Part shown: positions 36,301 through 47,906 of the stretch, piece after piece
Numbering within the stretch: the stretch's first letter is position 1
Layout of the letters: every line of letters starts with the position of its first letter
Source of the DNA: Epiperipatus broadwayi
Lineage: Eukaryota; Animalia; Onychophora
Assembly: GCA_028023455.1 (NCBI GenBank)
Contig: JAQFVV010000003.1
Location: forward strand, 25,172,001 to 25,236,000
DNA: 64,000 bases
Reading direction: 5' to 3'
Translations under genes and position numbers: made by a program
The notes under the pieces: model-generated
Database searches by the model: none
Seen by the model: the letters and a program-made list of their open reading frames with translations, nothing else
What the model was told of the DNA's origin: nothing

Positions 36301-36434
36301 AAAACTTTATTCTTACAGTTTCAACTGCAGAAATCTTTATAATCCTATTTCCAAAAACCAACTTTTTGGAAATAGGATTATAAAGATCTCTAATGATGAC
36401 TGCAGGACAGTCAAAACTGTAAGAGTAAAGTTTT
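36301..36434. mobile_element. Small inverted duplication with a perfect 25-bp hairpin and a degenerate Penelope-type hammerhead
   Basis: Perfect arms 36333-36357 / 36363-36387. Outer arms 36301-36321 / 36414-36434 (20/21). Plus strand 36387-36424: TCT CTAATGA t GACTG-cagga-CAGTC AAAA C-t-G-TA / AGA. The inverted left copy reads CAGTT GAAA CTGTA AGA. Confidence 0.55.
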
Positions 36435-37138
36435 AATGTAAAAAATAGTGTTGTTAAGTGTATAAGAAAGTTAGAAATGGTATCATATATATTTTTAAAA
36501 TTAATGAAAAATAGTTAAAAAGTTTTAGCACTTAATTTAAGAATTATTTTTCTTAAAATAAAGTTTGCATATAATAAAATAAATAAATTGGAATTAATTA
36601 AAGTTCTTACAATGCATACTGCTGTCTTAATATGACTGGACAATATGTCATTTCCTGAAATGTACACATGAGTGGTAGTATAGTTTTCCATAATGAAGTT
36701 AGAATAGTTTGAAGCATTGAAAGTCTAGGTTAAATTATTACTACATATTTTACTTAAATCAGCAAATAAAAATTAGTTACTAAAATTTATAACTTAAAAG
36801 CACTAAAGAAAAATGAGGTGTTAGCAAATCATATTTTTATAGAATAAGTAATGTGATAGAAAGGGATCAGATATTTGACAACTGAATTATCCATGCCAGA
36901 TGACCCAATTAACTAAAAAGTCACAATTTTATACTTACCAAGTATAAAATTCTAAAAATAAACCTAATTAACATATTCTAAAAAATTTCATACTTAATCG
37001 TCTACATAGGATAAATAAATATTACATCATTTTTAAAAAATAATTATTTAACAGATTATCTAATGAAATAAAATTGATTATAGTAATAAAAACATTCATT
37101 GTTTAATAAATTATTTTTCTCTTCACTAGTAAAATTGT

Positions 37139-37667
37139 AATTATAAATATGCGACTTTTTTTTGCATTAGTGAAGCTATAATTTTACTAATTTATAATAG
37201 CTTTGCTTAGCGCTTTCGAGATTTCATGTTTGAATCTCATACTCATAGCTTGTAAATAACAATTGTTATGATTTATGCAAATGAGTTTGAATTTTTAATT
37301 AGTCCATTGTTTAGAGAGAGCAAAACATGCTTCTCTTCTATTAATGGCATTGATGTCATTTTCTATATAGAAAGCTTATTTGCACAGAAAAAAATGACGC
37401 CAAAAGAAAAGTTAAAAAAGCTTTCTATATAGCAAATGACATCAATGCCATTAATAGAAGAGAAGCATGTTTTGCTCTCTCTAAACCTGCTCTAAACAAT
37501 GGACTAATTAAAAATTCAAACTCATTTGCATAAATCATAACAATCGTTATTTACAAGCTATGAGTATGAGATTCAAACATGAAATCTCGAAAGCGCTAAG
37601 CAAAGCTATTATAAATTAGTAAAATTATAGCTACACTAATGCGAAAAAAAGTCGCATATTTGTAATT
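37139..37667. mobile_element. Fold-back element / MITE: about 240-bp near-perfect inverted arms, about 40-bp spacer
   Basis: aattataaatatgcgac...ttctatatagaaagctt (37139-37377) is the reverse complement of aagctttctatatagc...gtcgcatatttgtaatt (37418-37667), apart from few mismatches and an about 11-nt insertion near 37485. Confidence 0.9.
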
Positions 37668-38055
37668 CATTGTTTAAATATATTTCTTTTTTTTTTGTTC
37701 TATTGCTTTTTTTTTTTAATTCTCAGAACACTATGGAATTTACACTAATTAACTTCGATAACAAGGAAATATTTTTAAACAATTAACAAATCTCATTCAT
37801 GCACTCACACATACTAATATTTAATTTTTTTATTTAAGAATAATAATTTAAAGACATTAGTTAGCTATTAATTTAAAATATAACAAAATTTTTAATTAGC
37901 TAAACTTTACTAAGATTTTCTAAAATAAAACTAGATTATAATACTACTAAATAAGCATTTATAACCATACTTGTAATTAAACTGTAAATAGATTCGCTAC
38001 AACACTAAAAATTAAAAAAAAAAACTTTACTTAACACTAGTCAAAACAAAACAAC

Positions 38056-38130
38056 ACTCTCCATATAGTAGTGCCATCTTGTGCTAACAAGTATGAGATA
38101 GTGATCATGTGATGTTTAGTGACTTAACAC
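38056..38130. mobile_element. Family C minimal remnant (inverted join, no HHR)
   Basis: actctccatatagtagtgccatcttgtgctaac (unit 3' end, minus) joined to gtgatcatgtgatgtttagtgacttaacac (plus; matches about 29068-29098). Confidence 0.65.
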
Positions 38131-41100
38131 TAGCTTAAATATTTAAGATCTTTTCCAAATTTTAAATCTAATTTAAAGTTCTTTTATAATAAAAAGATAC
38201 AACACTTAAGCATAGACTATTTTAACCTTACTATTCAAGAATGTGTAAAAAGTACATTATGTTTTAAATAAATAATTTTATGGTTAAGCAATTATAATTA
38301 TAAAGAAATTAAATTAATAAGTTTAAAAATTATTAAAGTATACTTATACAAGACTGTTTTTAAGTTAATGCTGTCTTGCAGTAGCAACTATGATATGACT
38401 AAACTATAATTTTTTAAATATATATTATTACAAAACATAATCTGCAGTTCAGCAGCAATAATTAAAGGTCACAATATATATTATAACCTTTAGCTTTGGT
38501 AAAAGCTAAATGATACATAAAATTTTTCTGCCAAGACACCTAAAAAAATTATATAGCTTAATTTTGTTGTGAATAAATTATTGCTAATACTTTATAATGT
38601 CATCATTGTTACATAAGAGCAGTTATATCAGTATTATATCTGCTATACAGATGTAAAATAATTTTTATGCAGCTTAAAAAATGAAAGTTTGACTTAAATA
38701 AATGTTTAAGATGTTAAACATCTGTAAATGTATTAAATAGCTGCTAATGTCAATGATAAACAATGTAATATTAAGTTAATAATGCTAATGTAGTTGTAAT
38801 CTAACTGGTAAATTGTTTCAAAAAGCTTGAATTAATTTTAAAGTTAAAAAACCAGGTTCAATTCCTATTTTTGGTTTGCTGGTACCTAAAAGTAAAGCTG
38901 TAAGTATTTTCATTTATTTTAATGTTAAAACATAATATTCTAGTAAAATATTTTAGATTTATTTAATTAAAAAGAATTTAATAAAGCTAGTAATTAAACA
39001 GAATATTTAAAGTAATGAATAAATGAATATTGTATGAATGAATAAATATTATACTTATTTAATATTATTTATTTTTAAAATATTTTTAAAAACAATTTAA
39101 AACTTGTTCTGAGAATTGTCTAAATTTAAAACAGTAATAAATAAAGGTATTAAATTGTATTAATAATTGTTTTATTAAAGATGTAATATAAATTTTAATT
39201 ATTTAATATTTTTATTTCATCCTGGTGCAATTTTAATATTATTTTTGTTTGCAACTAGGAAGTCTTTTTTAATTAATTTCAAGTATCTAAAAAATTTGAT
39301 TTATTGTAAAATTAAAAATTAATTAGATAATTTTTGATTAACAACCTTCCCTAGTGATAAATAAGTCAAGGAATCAAACTAATCAGGAAAGAGGTTGTAA
39401 GTTAACAAAGTAATAAACAGTCTGATAAAATGTTCATATATCCAATGGTATAAAGAAGATTAGACAGACACATCACTCACTCAGTCCCATTCTTCTTAAT
39501 CCTTATATCCATTCCTCAAGACATCAATTTACTTTTTATTGATTTATTTTAAGTCATATTTAAAATTTTAAAGGTGTAACTTTCTTTAGATTTTTTTAAA
39601 GCTCAATATGATAGGGTAATTTAAAACTATCTTGATACAATTATCTAGATGGAAACACCAAAGAAATTGAAGTCTCTATATCTGCTAGTTAAATGGTAAT
39701 ATGTTTCATTGTTACAATGTTTAGTACATTGGAAAACTTCAGTTGTTGTTATTGCCATTATAAGGACTTAAAAAAATAATTGCCAATTTTGAAATCCAAC
39801 TGAACATCTGCATTATAAATAAAATTGCCATAGAATATTTAATTATCTTATTGGCAAGAACATTACAGAAAATAGTAATAATTTCTTGATATTTTCTTTA
39901 ACATATTCATTTATGTCAAATTACCTTGAATTTAATTACCTGAGCAAATAGACTTTAAAATTCAAGATAAGAACTGTTTATTGATATAATGAATATCTTT
40001 TCAGTTGTTTAACACTAATTTAAATGAACAAAAAAAGTTTAACTAATAACAATTTATACTCCAATAAAATAAGTTACTTGTGCTGCATTGCAATAAATGA
40101 CATTATTTTATTATTTGAAAATCAACACAAAAACTTTACTTATGACTATTTCAATTTTTTCCCTGAAAGAGACAAAGAAATTATTTTCTCCAGGCTGGGT
40201 AATTGAAATAATCAACCTACAACAAACTGTTAATGAATAATATGTGAACTGCAAAAATATTTCATATGATAAAATTTTTGAAATATAAATTTACCTGCAA
40301 AAATAACATTTAATAAACTTAAATGAATTTTCTTAATTTAAAGATATATAAATGTCTGCAATAATGTTTTAAATCAGTAAAATATTTCTTCCCTCTGTGC
40401 ATTGCTATGGAGACTGCTGAGGTTGCAATATATTTGAATTAAATATTTTCCTCTCCAAATATTTAATAATCTATAAGTATTTAATAATATTTGATGTTAT
40501 TTTCCAGAAGAATTTTATTATACAATATTTACATTACTAATATAAATTTAAATAGTATATATAATGAATTAATTTAAAAACTTGTGTTCAAGGACATTTA
40601 TTCTAATTTAAATCCATGAATATATTTAATGAATAGTCACAGGTTTTGTCATATATTTTCTAACAGAACTATTTAAAATTTACTAAAGATATCCAAAAGA
40701 AACACATTTAATATTGCATAATTACACTATAAATTTTAATATCTTAGTTATATTGTCTTAGATAATGAATGTTTGCTGTCTACAAGATGTTATTCTCAAC
40801 ATTCTTCTTCATATTCAAGTTTAATGAAGAATAATTCAAAAAGAAAATTGAAGGACATTATTTTATTTGATGGTAAAATGTTGAATTTATTTGTATTATG
40901 TATTTTCATTGTTTTAATTATGTGTATATTGTTTTCATGTTATATGCTATGTTTTAAATATTATGGGTTAAAGTTCTCAGAATAGTACTTTATCATATTA
41001 GCATATTTTAAAAATAGTATGTCTCCCTCTATTTAAAATATGAATAATTTATTTATGAAGATATATTGTTATGCTGTAAGCTGAATAAGTAGATGTATAT

Positions 41101-43649
41101 TTCTATGATTTATTGCTTAATGTTAATAGAGCCATATTTGGCATTAATAATTGTTATTTATCATATTTCACATTTGTTAGCTGTTGTATTTTTAGTTAAG
41201 ATATTATATTTATTCTTTCTCTATTTTAGGAGTGCTTTTATATGCCAGTTTATTTAAAGATGGTAGTGGTAATCTCCATCATTATTTTGCCTAGCTTATC
41301 TTTCAAAAAGGGATGGTAGCATTGTCTCTCTCTTATTATTTGTTGTCTTGCTAGTATTTATATGCTCATAGTATATATTTTTAGGGATTGTAGCTTAGGC
41401 TCTTTCTATTTTAAGGCAATTCCTATTTAGTATTTTTGTCCCTGATGTGCATTCTCATTATTTTTCCTGACTAGTGACAAAGTCCTAGATCCTTTATTAA
41501 CCCTCAGAAGTGCATCTTATGAGCTATGCCATCATACTTTCACTTTGCCTTACTTTATTATTAGTGAAGATGGATTTTGTTTGTAGTTATAGTATGTTTA
41601 ATAAAGCATGTGTAAGATTTTACTGGGTTTTTCGGGATTTTAGTCATTTTATCAAGATATTAAGGAATTCTACCTTATCTCTATAGCATTTGCTGGTTGG
41701 TTAAATGTGAATAATACATTGTAAATGTGCAAGTCCTATATTTGAGCTTTGCTAATTATCAGGACCATGTATGATAAATAATTAATTTAAAAAATTTTAA
41801 AGTTTATTTTAGGCACAAATAGACAATATACATCTGTCTCATAATTTCTTTATTACTGGATTAGTAAGCTAATATTATTATTATTGAGTATGCTAAATAT
41901 TCATAAAAGGGGCATTACTTATATGATGGCTATTATCATTGTATGAATGAATTGATAAATAAGAACTGTTGACCAATTAAACAACAGAAAGCTACTTTAA
42001 TATGCTGGATTATTTTTTCTTAATCCAATATAAATTTATTTTATTAAAATATGATGCAAATTTTTATTTTAATCCTTCTGTTATACATTTTTGATGAAGT
42101 GACATTGTAAAACTTTTGGCTATGTGAACTCAAATATAAATTGTTTGTAATTTTGTTTTGTCTTTCTTTAAATAAATATTTGTTATTATTTAAGAAATTT
42201 CTCATAGTTGTTTCTTCACATTACCACTTATCAAACAGAAATCGCTCCACATATTGATTAAAAATTAAATGCTTATAAAATATTATACAATCATTTTAAG
42301 TATATTTGTTAAAAGAGTACACGATATTGAAATTAATAAGAGTCACTTTATTGAATTATTTCAGCATTAGTATTCCATCTAAAAAAGATGTAATTTTTTC
42401 AAAATAAATATTACAATTGGATTTCTTTTTTGAATCATTCTAATTAATTTGATTTGCTTATTTCAAATCACTATGCATTATTTATTCTACAGTTATTTTC
42501 ATATTTGAAGTTCATATTTATTATTTTATGATAAGATTTAATTTTACAAGAACCTAGTTCATATTTAGAAGGTGTTTAAATAGATTTATTCTAGGATGTT
42601 TAGGATGGTTATAAAATCCCTTAACTATTCTTAATATCTGAGTGTAATCCTAGATTATTCTTTATTTTATTTTAAAATTAAGAGATCATGTTATATTTTA
42701 TTTAAAGTTAATAATATTGTTATTGTCATAATCATGATAAGATATAGTTAGGGAAGTGTATGTCTTATTTATTTTATTAACTAGGATTGCATTCAACAGG
42801 GAATAAATTCTAAAGAGTCAGAAGAATTTATGAGATCATATTATCCTGAGATACCATGATTTAATTTAATGGACTATATTATTAAATTCATTATTTTATT
42901 TTAATATTAAAATTTTACATTTAAAGATCGATCTTGAATGGCACAGATTTGCAAAGAACATTTTTAAATTCTAGGAATTAATGTTTTATCTGAACAAAAC
43001 AATGAGATACTTAGAAGATCTTTAGAAGATGGATAAAAAAAATTGTAATTGCATTAGATCTTTGTAGAAAAAATAAATTTAAATGTAACCTTAATGGCAT
43101 ATGTTTACAATATCAAGATTCTTTTACTTATGCTAGAGTGAGTTGAGATTTCTCCTCATCTTTATTAATATAATATTACTTTGTATTTTACTATATTTTA
43201 TTATAATGCTTCCCAATATATCTTTATATTGTGGCATACGTTATGAACCCATTGAGTATAGTAACCAAGAGATCTCTAGGATACAAAATGTTGCTTTCCC
43301 ACTGCACTGATTATTATTGTATTTTTTTTTGTTATAGAATGGTTTGCCCAAAATGTTTGCTATTGCTCAGCAAAAGAATTTAGATTGATTGGCTAGGGTT
43401 TAAGCATTATTTCTTTGTTAGCTTTATTTTTCTTGGTTACAGAATGTCAAATCTTAGCTATCAAGAGATATTTAACTTATACTTTGTGCAGCATGTCTTT
43501 AACTTTTTCTCTTTCTATTGGTTACAAATTATCCTCTATTTCTTATAGGTTACAATATATATATTGAATCATTTTACATACATATTGTTCAAATATATTG
43601 ACATTTGGTAATATTTAAAAAAAGCTTTAAAAATAAAATTTGAAGATCG

Positions 43650-46310
43650 TTTAAAAGACGCAATTTAATTTTCCTTTTTAGTTAGTATGATTTATTTTTA
43701 GATAATGTGCAGTGAAAGTTATTTTTGTATTTAATATTATCTGTTTAATTAAAAATAAAAGTTAAAATTGGAAAGAATAAAAGTACTTGCAGATTATTTA
43801 TCCAAATAAAAGGAAATTCAAAACGTAAAGAATTACAATCAGAGGAAAACTTTAACGCTAATTAAAGATGGTGGAAATGATTTGTAAAAAAAGAGACTTT
43901 ACGAACTGGGTCTTGTCTGTTTTTTTCTTTTGGCTTGTCCTGGATCACAAAGTATTCAGGACCATTCTACGCTGAAATAATTCATAATGCAGGAGTGGAT
44001 CGGAGCTTTTGCTGATATCGTTCATCATGAAGATGTCAACCCAAAAAGCTTTCGTGACTAGCCTTAGGATCGACTATGAACAGTTTAAAACCAATGGCCA
44101 TGAGCTCATTCTACCTCCCATAAAAAGTCATGAATGGTAATTAACAATCTGCATAAACTCGCTAAGCTTACCGGTAAGATTATTTATATCCTAAATTGTG
44201 ATTAAAAATATTTGCAAACTAACGTTAATTATAATCTTGTAATACTGATAGAAATATTAATTTTTAACATTCAAGGAAGCTTCTAGAAAAAACATAAGAA
44301 GAACTATGTGAATTAATCATTTGAGTTATTAATATTATTTGGATTAGCATGTGCGCATTCTTTCTAGCTTATTAATAATTCTCATTTAAATATTATAATT
44401 TATTATAATAAAAATATTTATCTTTAATAATAATTTTCATTGTGCTTTATTAATTTTAATTTATTAGATGTATTGTTAAATTATTGCATGAGAAATGAAT
44501 AGGTTACCTTTGCCAATATGCTTGTTTAAAAGTTAAGCCCTAGGAAAAATTCTTCTAAAAGCTTTAAAATGACAAGAAATGTAATTCCCAATTTTTTAAT
44601 AATTTGCTTTGTAAATGATGATGCAATGTGACGTGATGGATCAGTGAATTCTTGTGTAGAATTCTGGTGCCCTGTTCTAAATAAATAAAAAACTGATTCC
44701 GCCAGCAGTGTACATCACAATAAATAGAAGGCCAGTTGATCAGAAAATATAGCTATATTCTTGAGATACCCAGATTTGTAAATGATCTGAATATATTTTG
44801 TTTTTCATAGCTTGATTAATTTGGACTTTTTAGTACTTAAAAGAAGGCCTAAATTAAATCAGGAATGTGAGATTAGACCGTGAATGGTACAATATATTGT
44901 ACCGTTTATTTATATATGGTACAAATATATTGGCATTTGGTAAAAGGTAAAAAAAAAAAAGGAAATTTAGCGATCTTTTAAAAGAAAAACATTTTTAGAT
45001 TTTTTTTCTGATTAGTATAATTTATTTTTTTAAAACGTATAATGAAAGTTAAAATTGTCGTTCATATTTTTTTTTATGTAATTAAAAATAAAAGTTAAAA
45101 TTGGAGAGAACAAAAGACACACAAATTACCAATCTAGATAAGCTAAAAGAAAAATATTTTAGCTAATTAAAGATGGCCAAAAGACATTATAAAAAAGAGA
45201 ACTTGGTAATTGAAAAATCATAAAGAATGTACATGATTATGAACCTAAATGCCATGATAATAACATGCGCAGAAGTCTGAAAACTGACCTCAAGTATAAA
45301 AAGGAAGAGGCCAGTTTGATCAAGGTCTTGTTTCATCTATTTTTCTTATGGTCGGTCCTGGATAACAAAAGAATATATTCAGGATTATGCTACGCTGAAA
45401 TAATTCTGCATGTTGGAGTGAACCAGAGCTTTTGCTGACATCAATCCTGAATATGGACACCAGAAAAGCCTTCGTGACTGACCAGTAGAATAGACCACAA
45501 GATCAACTTATAACCGATGGCCGAGCTCATTCTCCCACAAAAAAAAAATCATGCATAGTAATCTACAAGCTTCATGAACTCACTAAACTTACCAGTAAGT
45601 TAAGATTACTTATTCCTGATTGTGACAAAATTAAGCATTTGCAAATAATTCTTAAAAATATGCTTAAAATAATCCCGATAGAGACATCAATTTTCTTATG
45701 CAAGAGACATTCATTTTAAGGAACTTTCTAGAAGAAATTTGGAAGTAAACCGTAATTGTGAAATTGTTTTTTTTATTAATTGATTCATGTTTGTATTAAT
45801 GTGCATGTGTTCTCTCCAGTTTATTTAATTCGTAATTTAACTTAAAAAATATTTTTAGTTTGTTAGAATAAAAGAGATTCTACTTTTATCAACTTTTTTC
45901 ATTGTATGTTATTAATGATTATTATTAAATTTATTAATATTAGTTTAGTAAGATTTGAAAATATAATTTACCTTTGGCAATATGTTTTGAATAAGCTCCA
46001 GGAATAATAATGTCTAAAAAAATAATTATAGTTATGGTATAATATAATACCGATTATTTTAAAAACATTTTTCTTTTTAATTTATGAGTTACGATATGTT
46101 TGATGCAGAATCAGTGAGTCTAATGACTCTGGCACCCTCATTTATAAATTAAAAACTGATTCAGCTCGCAATTGTATTTGTAACAATTTTAGGCTGAGTT
46201 GATCAGGAAATATAGTTATGTTTTTAGAAATAGGAATGAAACTTTCTTCTTTTTGCATAACTTGATCAACTCGCACAGTTTATTGCGTATAGAGGCCTAG
46301 AAAGATGAGG
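43650..46310 (+). repeat. Old tandem duplication of an about 1.2-1.3 kb unit (43650-44865 and 44980-46310), each with a CpG-rich block ending at a splice-donor-like site
   Basis: Colinear shared blocks: aattaaaaataaaagttaaaattgga, gctaattaaagatgg, tattcagga...ctacgctgaaataatt, gagcttttgctga, ttcgtgact, gagctcattct, cttacc(g/a)GTAAG (44174 and 45595), aaaaactgattc, agttgatcag, aggccta. Confidence 0.8.
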
Positions 46311-46367
46311 AAAACATTACAATATATATATTTAAATATTATATATATTATATAATATTTAAATATA

Positions 46368-47389
46368 CAACTGAGTCTCGTTTTATGCGATAGATAGGTT
46401 CCTCAGAAAACACGTGCAAATGAAATCACGCAAAAATAGACGTAACTTACATTGAAAAAGGGGGGATGCGGTCTGTGATTTTTTAAAATTCGCATAAAAG
46501 CAAAGCACCAACGTAAAATTACTTTAAAATTTGCGCAAAAAAAAAATAAGGAAATAAAATATGACTAATAAAAAATTTCAAATTTGAAAAAAATTGATAC
46601 AAGACAAACTTTATGTAACTATAATAGTTAATTTTATTCAAAATAATATATTTTTATGCATAATTTACATTTTTTTTATACATGTTTTAATTATTATTGA
46701 TATTTGCCGAAAACACGTTCGTTTGCAAACTGAGGAAATACAACTAGCGCTAACTTCACACTCATGTTAGGTCAATGGATTTCTGGTGACAACGTAATTA
46801 ATCTTTGAGACGATGATTTTATTAATTGTTTATGAACTTAGACTTACGATAATAAAAAGACATTTATTCACCACTGCTGGGAAAAATTTAATTAAAACTA
46901 ACAACTAAAAATTAAATTCTTATTTTTGTCTTTAATTTTCAATTCCGTTTAAAAATCAAATTTCATTTCACTGCTATTACTCACCTTTTAAAAATAAACT
47001 TGCAGTCACTAAATGATTAATAATTGATTACGTTCTTTTTTAAAAAGCAAAAACAGAATGTGATTTAAAATGCAAAATTAACACGCACAATGTTTGAACA
47101 AATTTACATCATAATCTTGTAAAATTTAATATGTGTATACATAAAATGTGGAAATCATGATTTTAATTTTATTATTGCATAAAATCTTACTATTATAAAG
47201 CACTGAAAATATTGAAATTGCTAAGATGAAAATCGAATTCCAATAATGTGCTATTACTTTCAATATAAGTGCGCAAAATTTATTATTTAAAGTAATAGCG
47301 CATTATCGGAGTTCGACTTCTGGTGAACTTCAAAATCGCGTAACTTCAAAATCGTGTTAAATAAGTCTGTGTAAAAAGAGACCCAGGTG
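46368..47389. mobile_element. Tc1/mariner (Tigger/pogo-like) non-autonomous element, about 1.02 kb, TA target site
   Basis: TA|CAACTGAGTCTCGTTTTATGCG... and reverse complement of the right end TA|CACCTGGGTCTCTTTTTACACA. CpG-retaining interior, no transposase ORF. Confidence 0.7.
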
Positions 47390-47391
47390 TA

Positions 47392-47906
47392 TGTATATTG
47401 TCTATACTAAAATTAATGTAATTATAAGGAACATGAACTTGAATTTTCAAACTTCCTACATCTATCCAATTTATCTTATACAACTGAAACACATGACCAC
47501 ATCCATGTGAAAAAGAGAAATGAGCTCCCTCTTCTGTAGAATTAAATGGACATATTAAAGGTTCTATGTGTGGGGGGGTCATACATGGGTATGACAACAA
47601 TACTGGTATCATCAAAGGCTTTGAGCATTCTATCCTTGGATTTGCAATGAAATGGATGATTGAAGAGTTGGAGAGTGGAGAAGATTGAAGCTTGTCCATT
47701 AAAGTTTAAAGATTTGTTATCTTAATATAAACTGAGCACTGATTGTGTATATGTGTGAGAGATGGTGATCTGGATCAACGGATGAGGGCTGGTTCAGTAC
47801 AAAATATGTACATTGGAGATCGTTTATCTTTCTCACATGTATCAGTAATATAAGATAAATGGGATAAATGTAGGGAACTTGAAAGTTCAAGTTCAAATTC
47901 CCTATA
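47392..47906. mobile_element. Family B element, locus B3: short minus arm joined to about 0.8 unit on plus
   Basis: Left arm 47392-47528 ends at gagaaatgagctcc. The plus arm starts at ctcttctgt and ends at gttcaaattccctata. ORFs 47346-47699 and 47775-47960 are antisense read-throughs of the repeat. Confidence 0.85.
47761..47828 (+). ncRNA. Degenerate family B hammerhead
   Basis: gatggtgatctggatcaa CGGATGA gggct-ggttc-agtac AAAA tatgtaca ttggagatcgtttatc. Confidence 0.7.

Noticed and set aside
41200-43500. T-rich stretch possibly an old minus-strand LINE
   Set aside because: Only compositional bias; no diagnostic peptide motif recovered.
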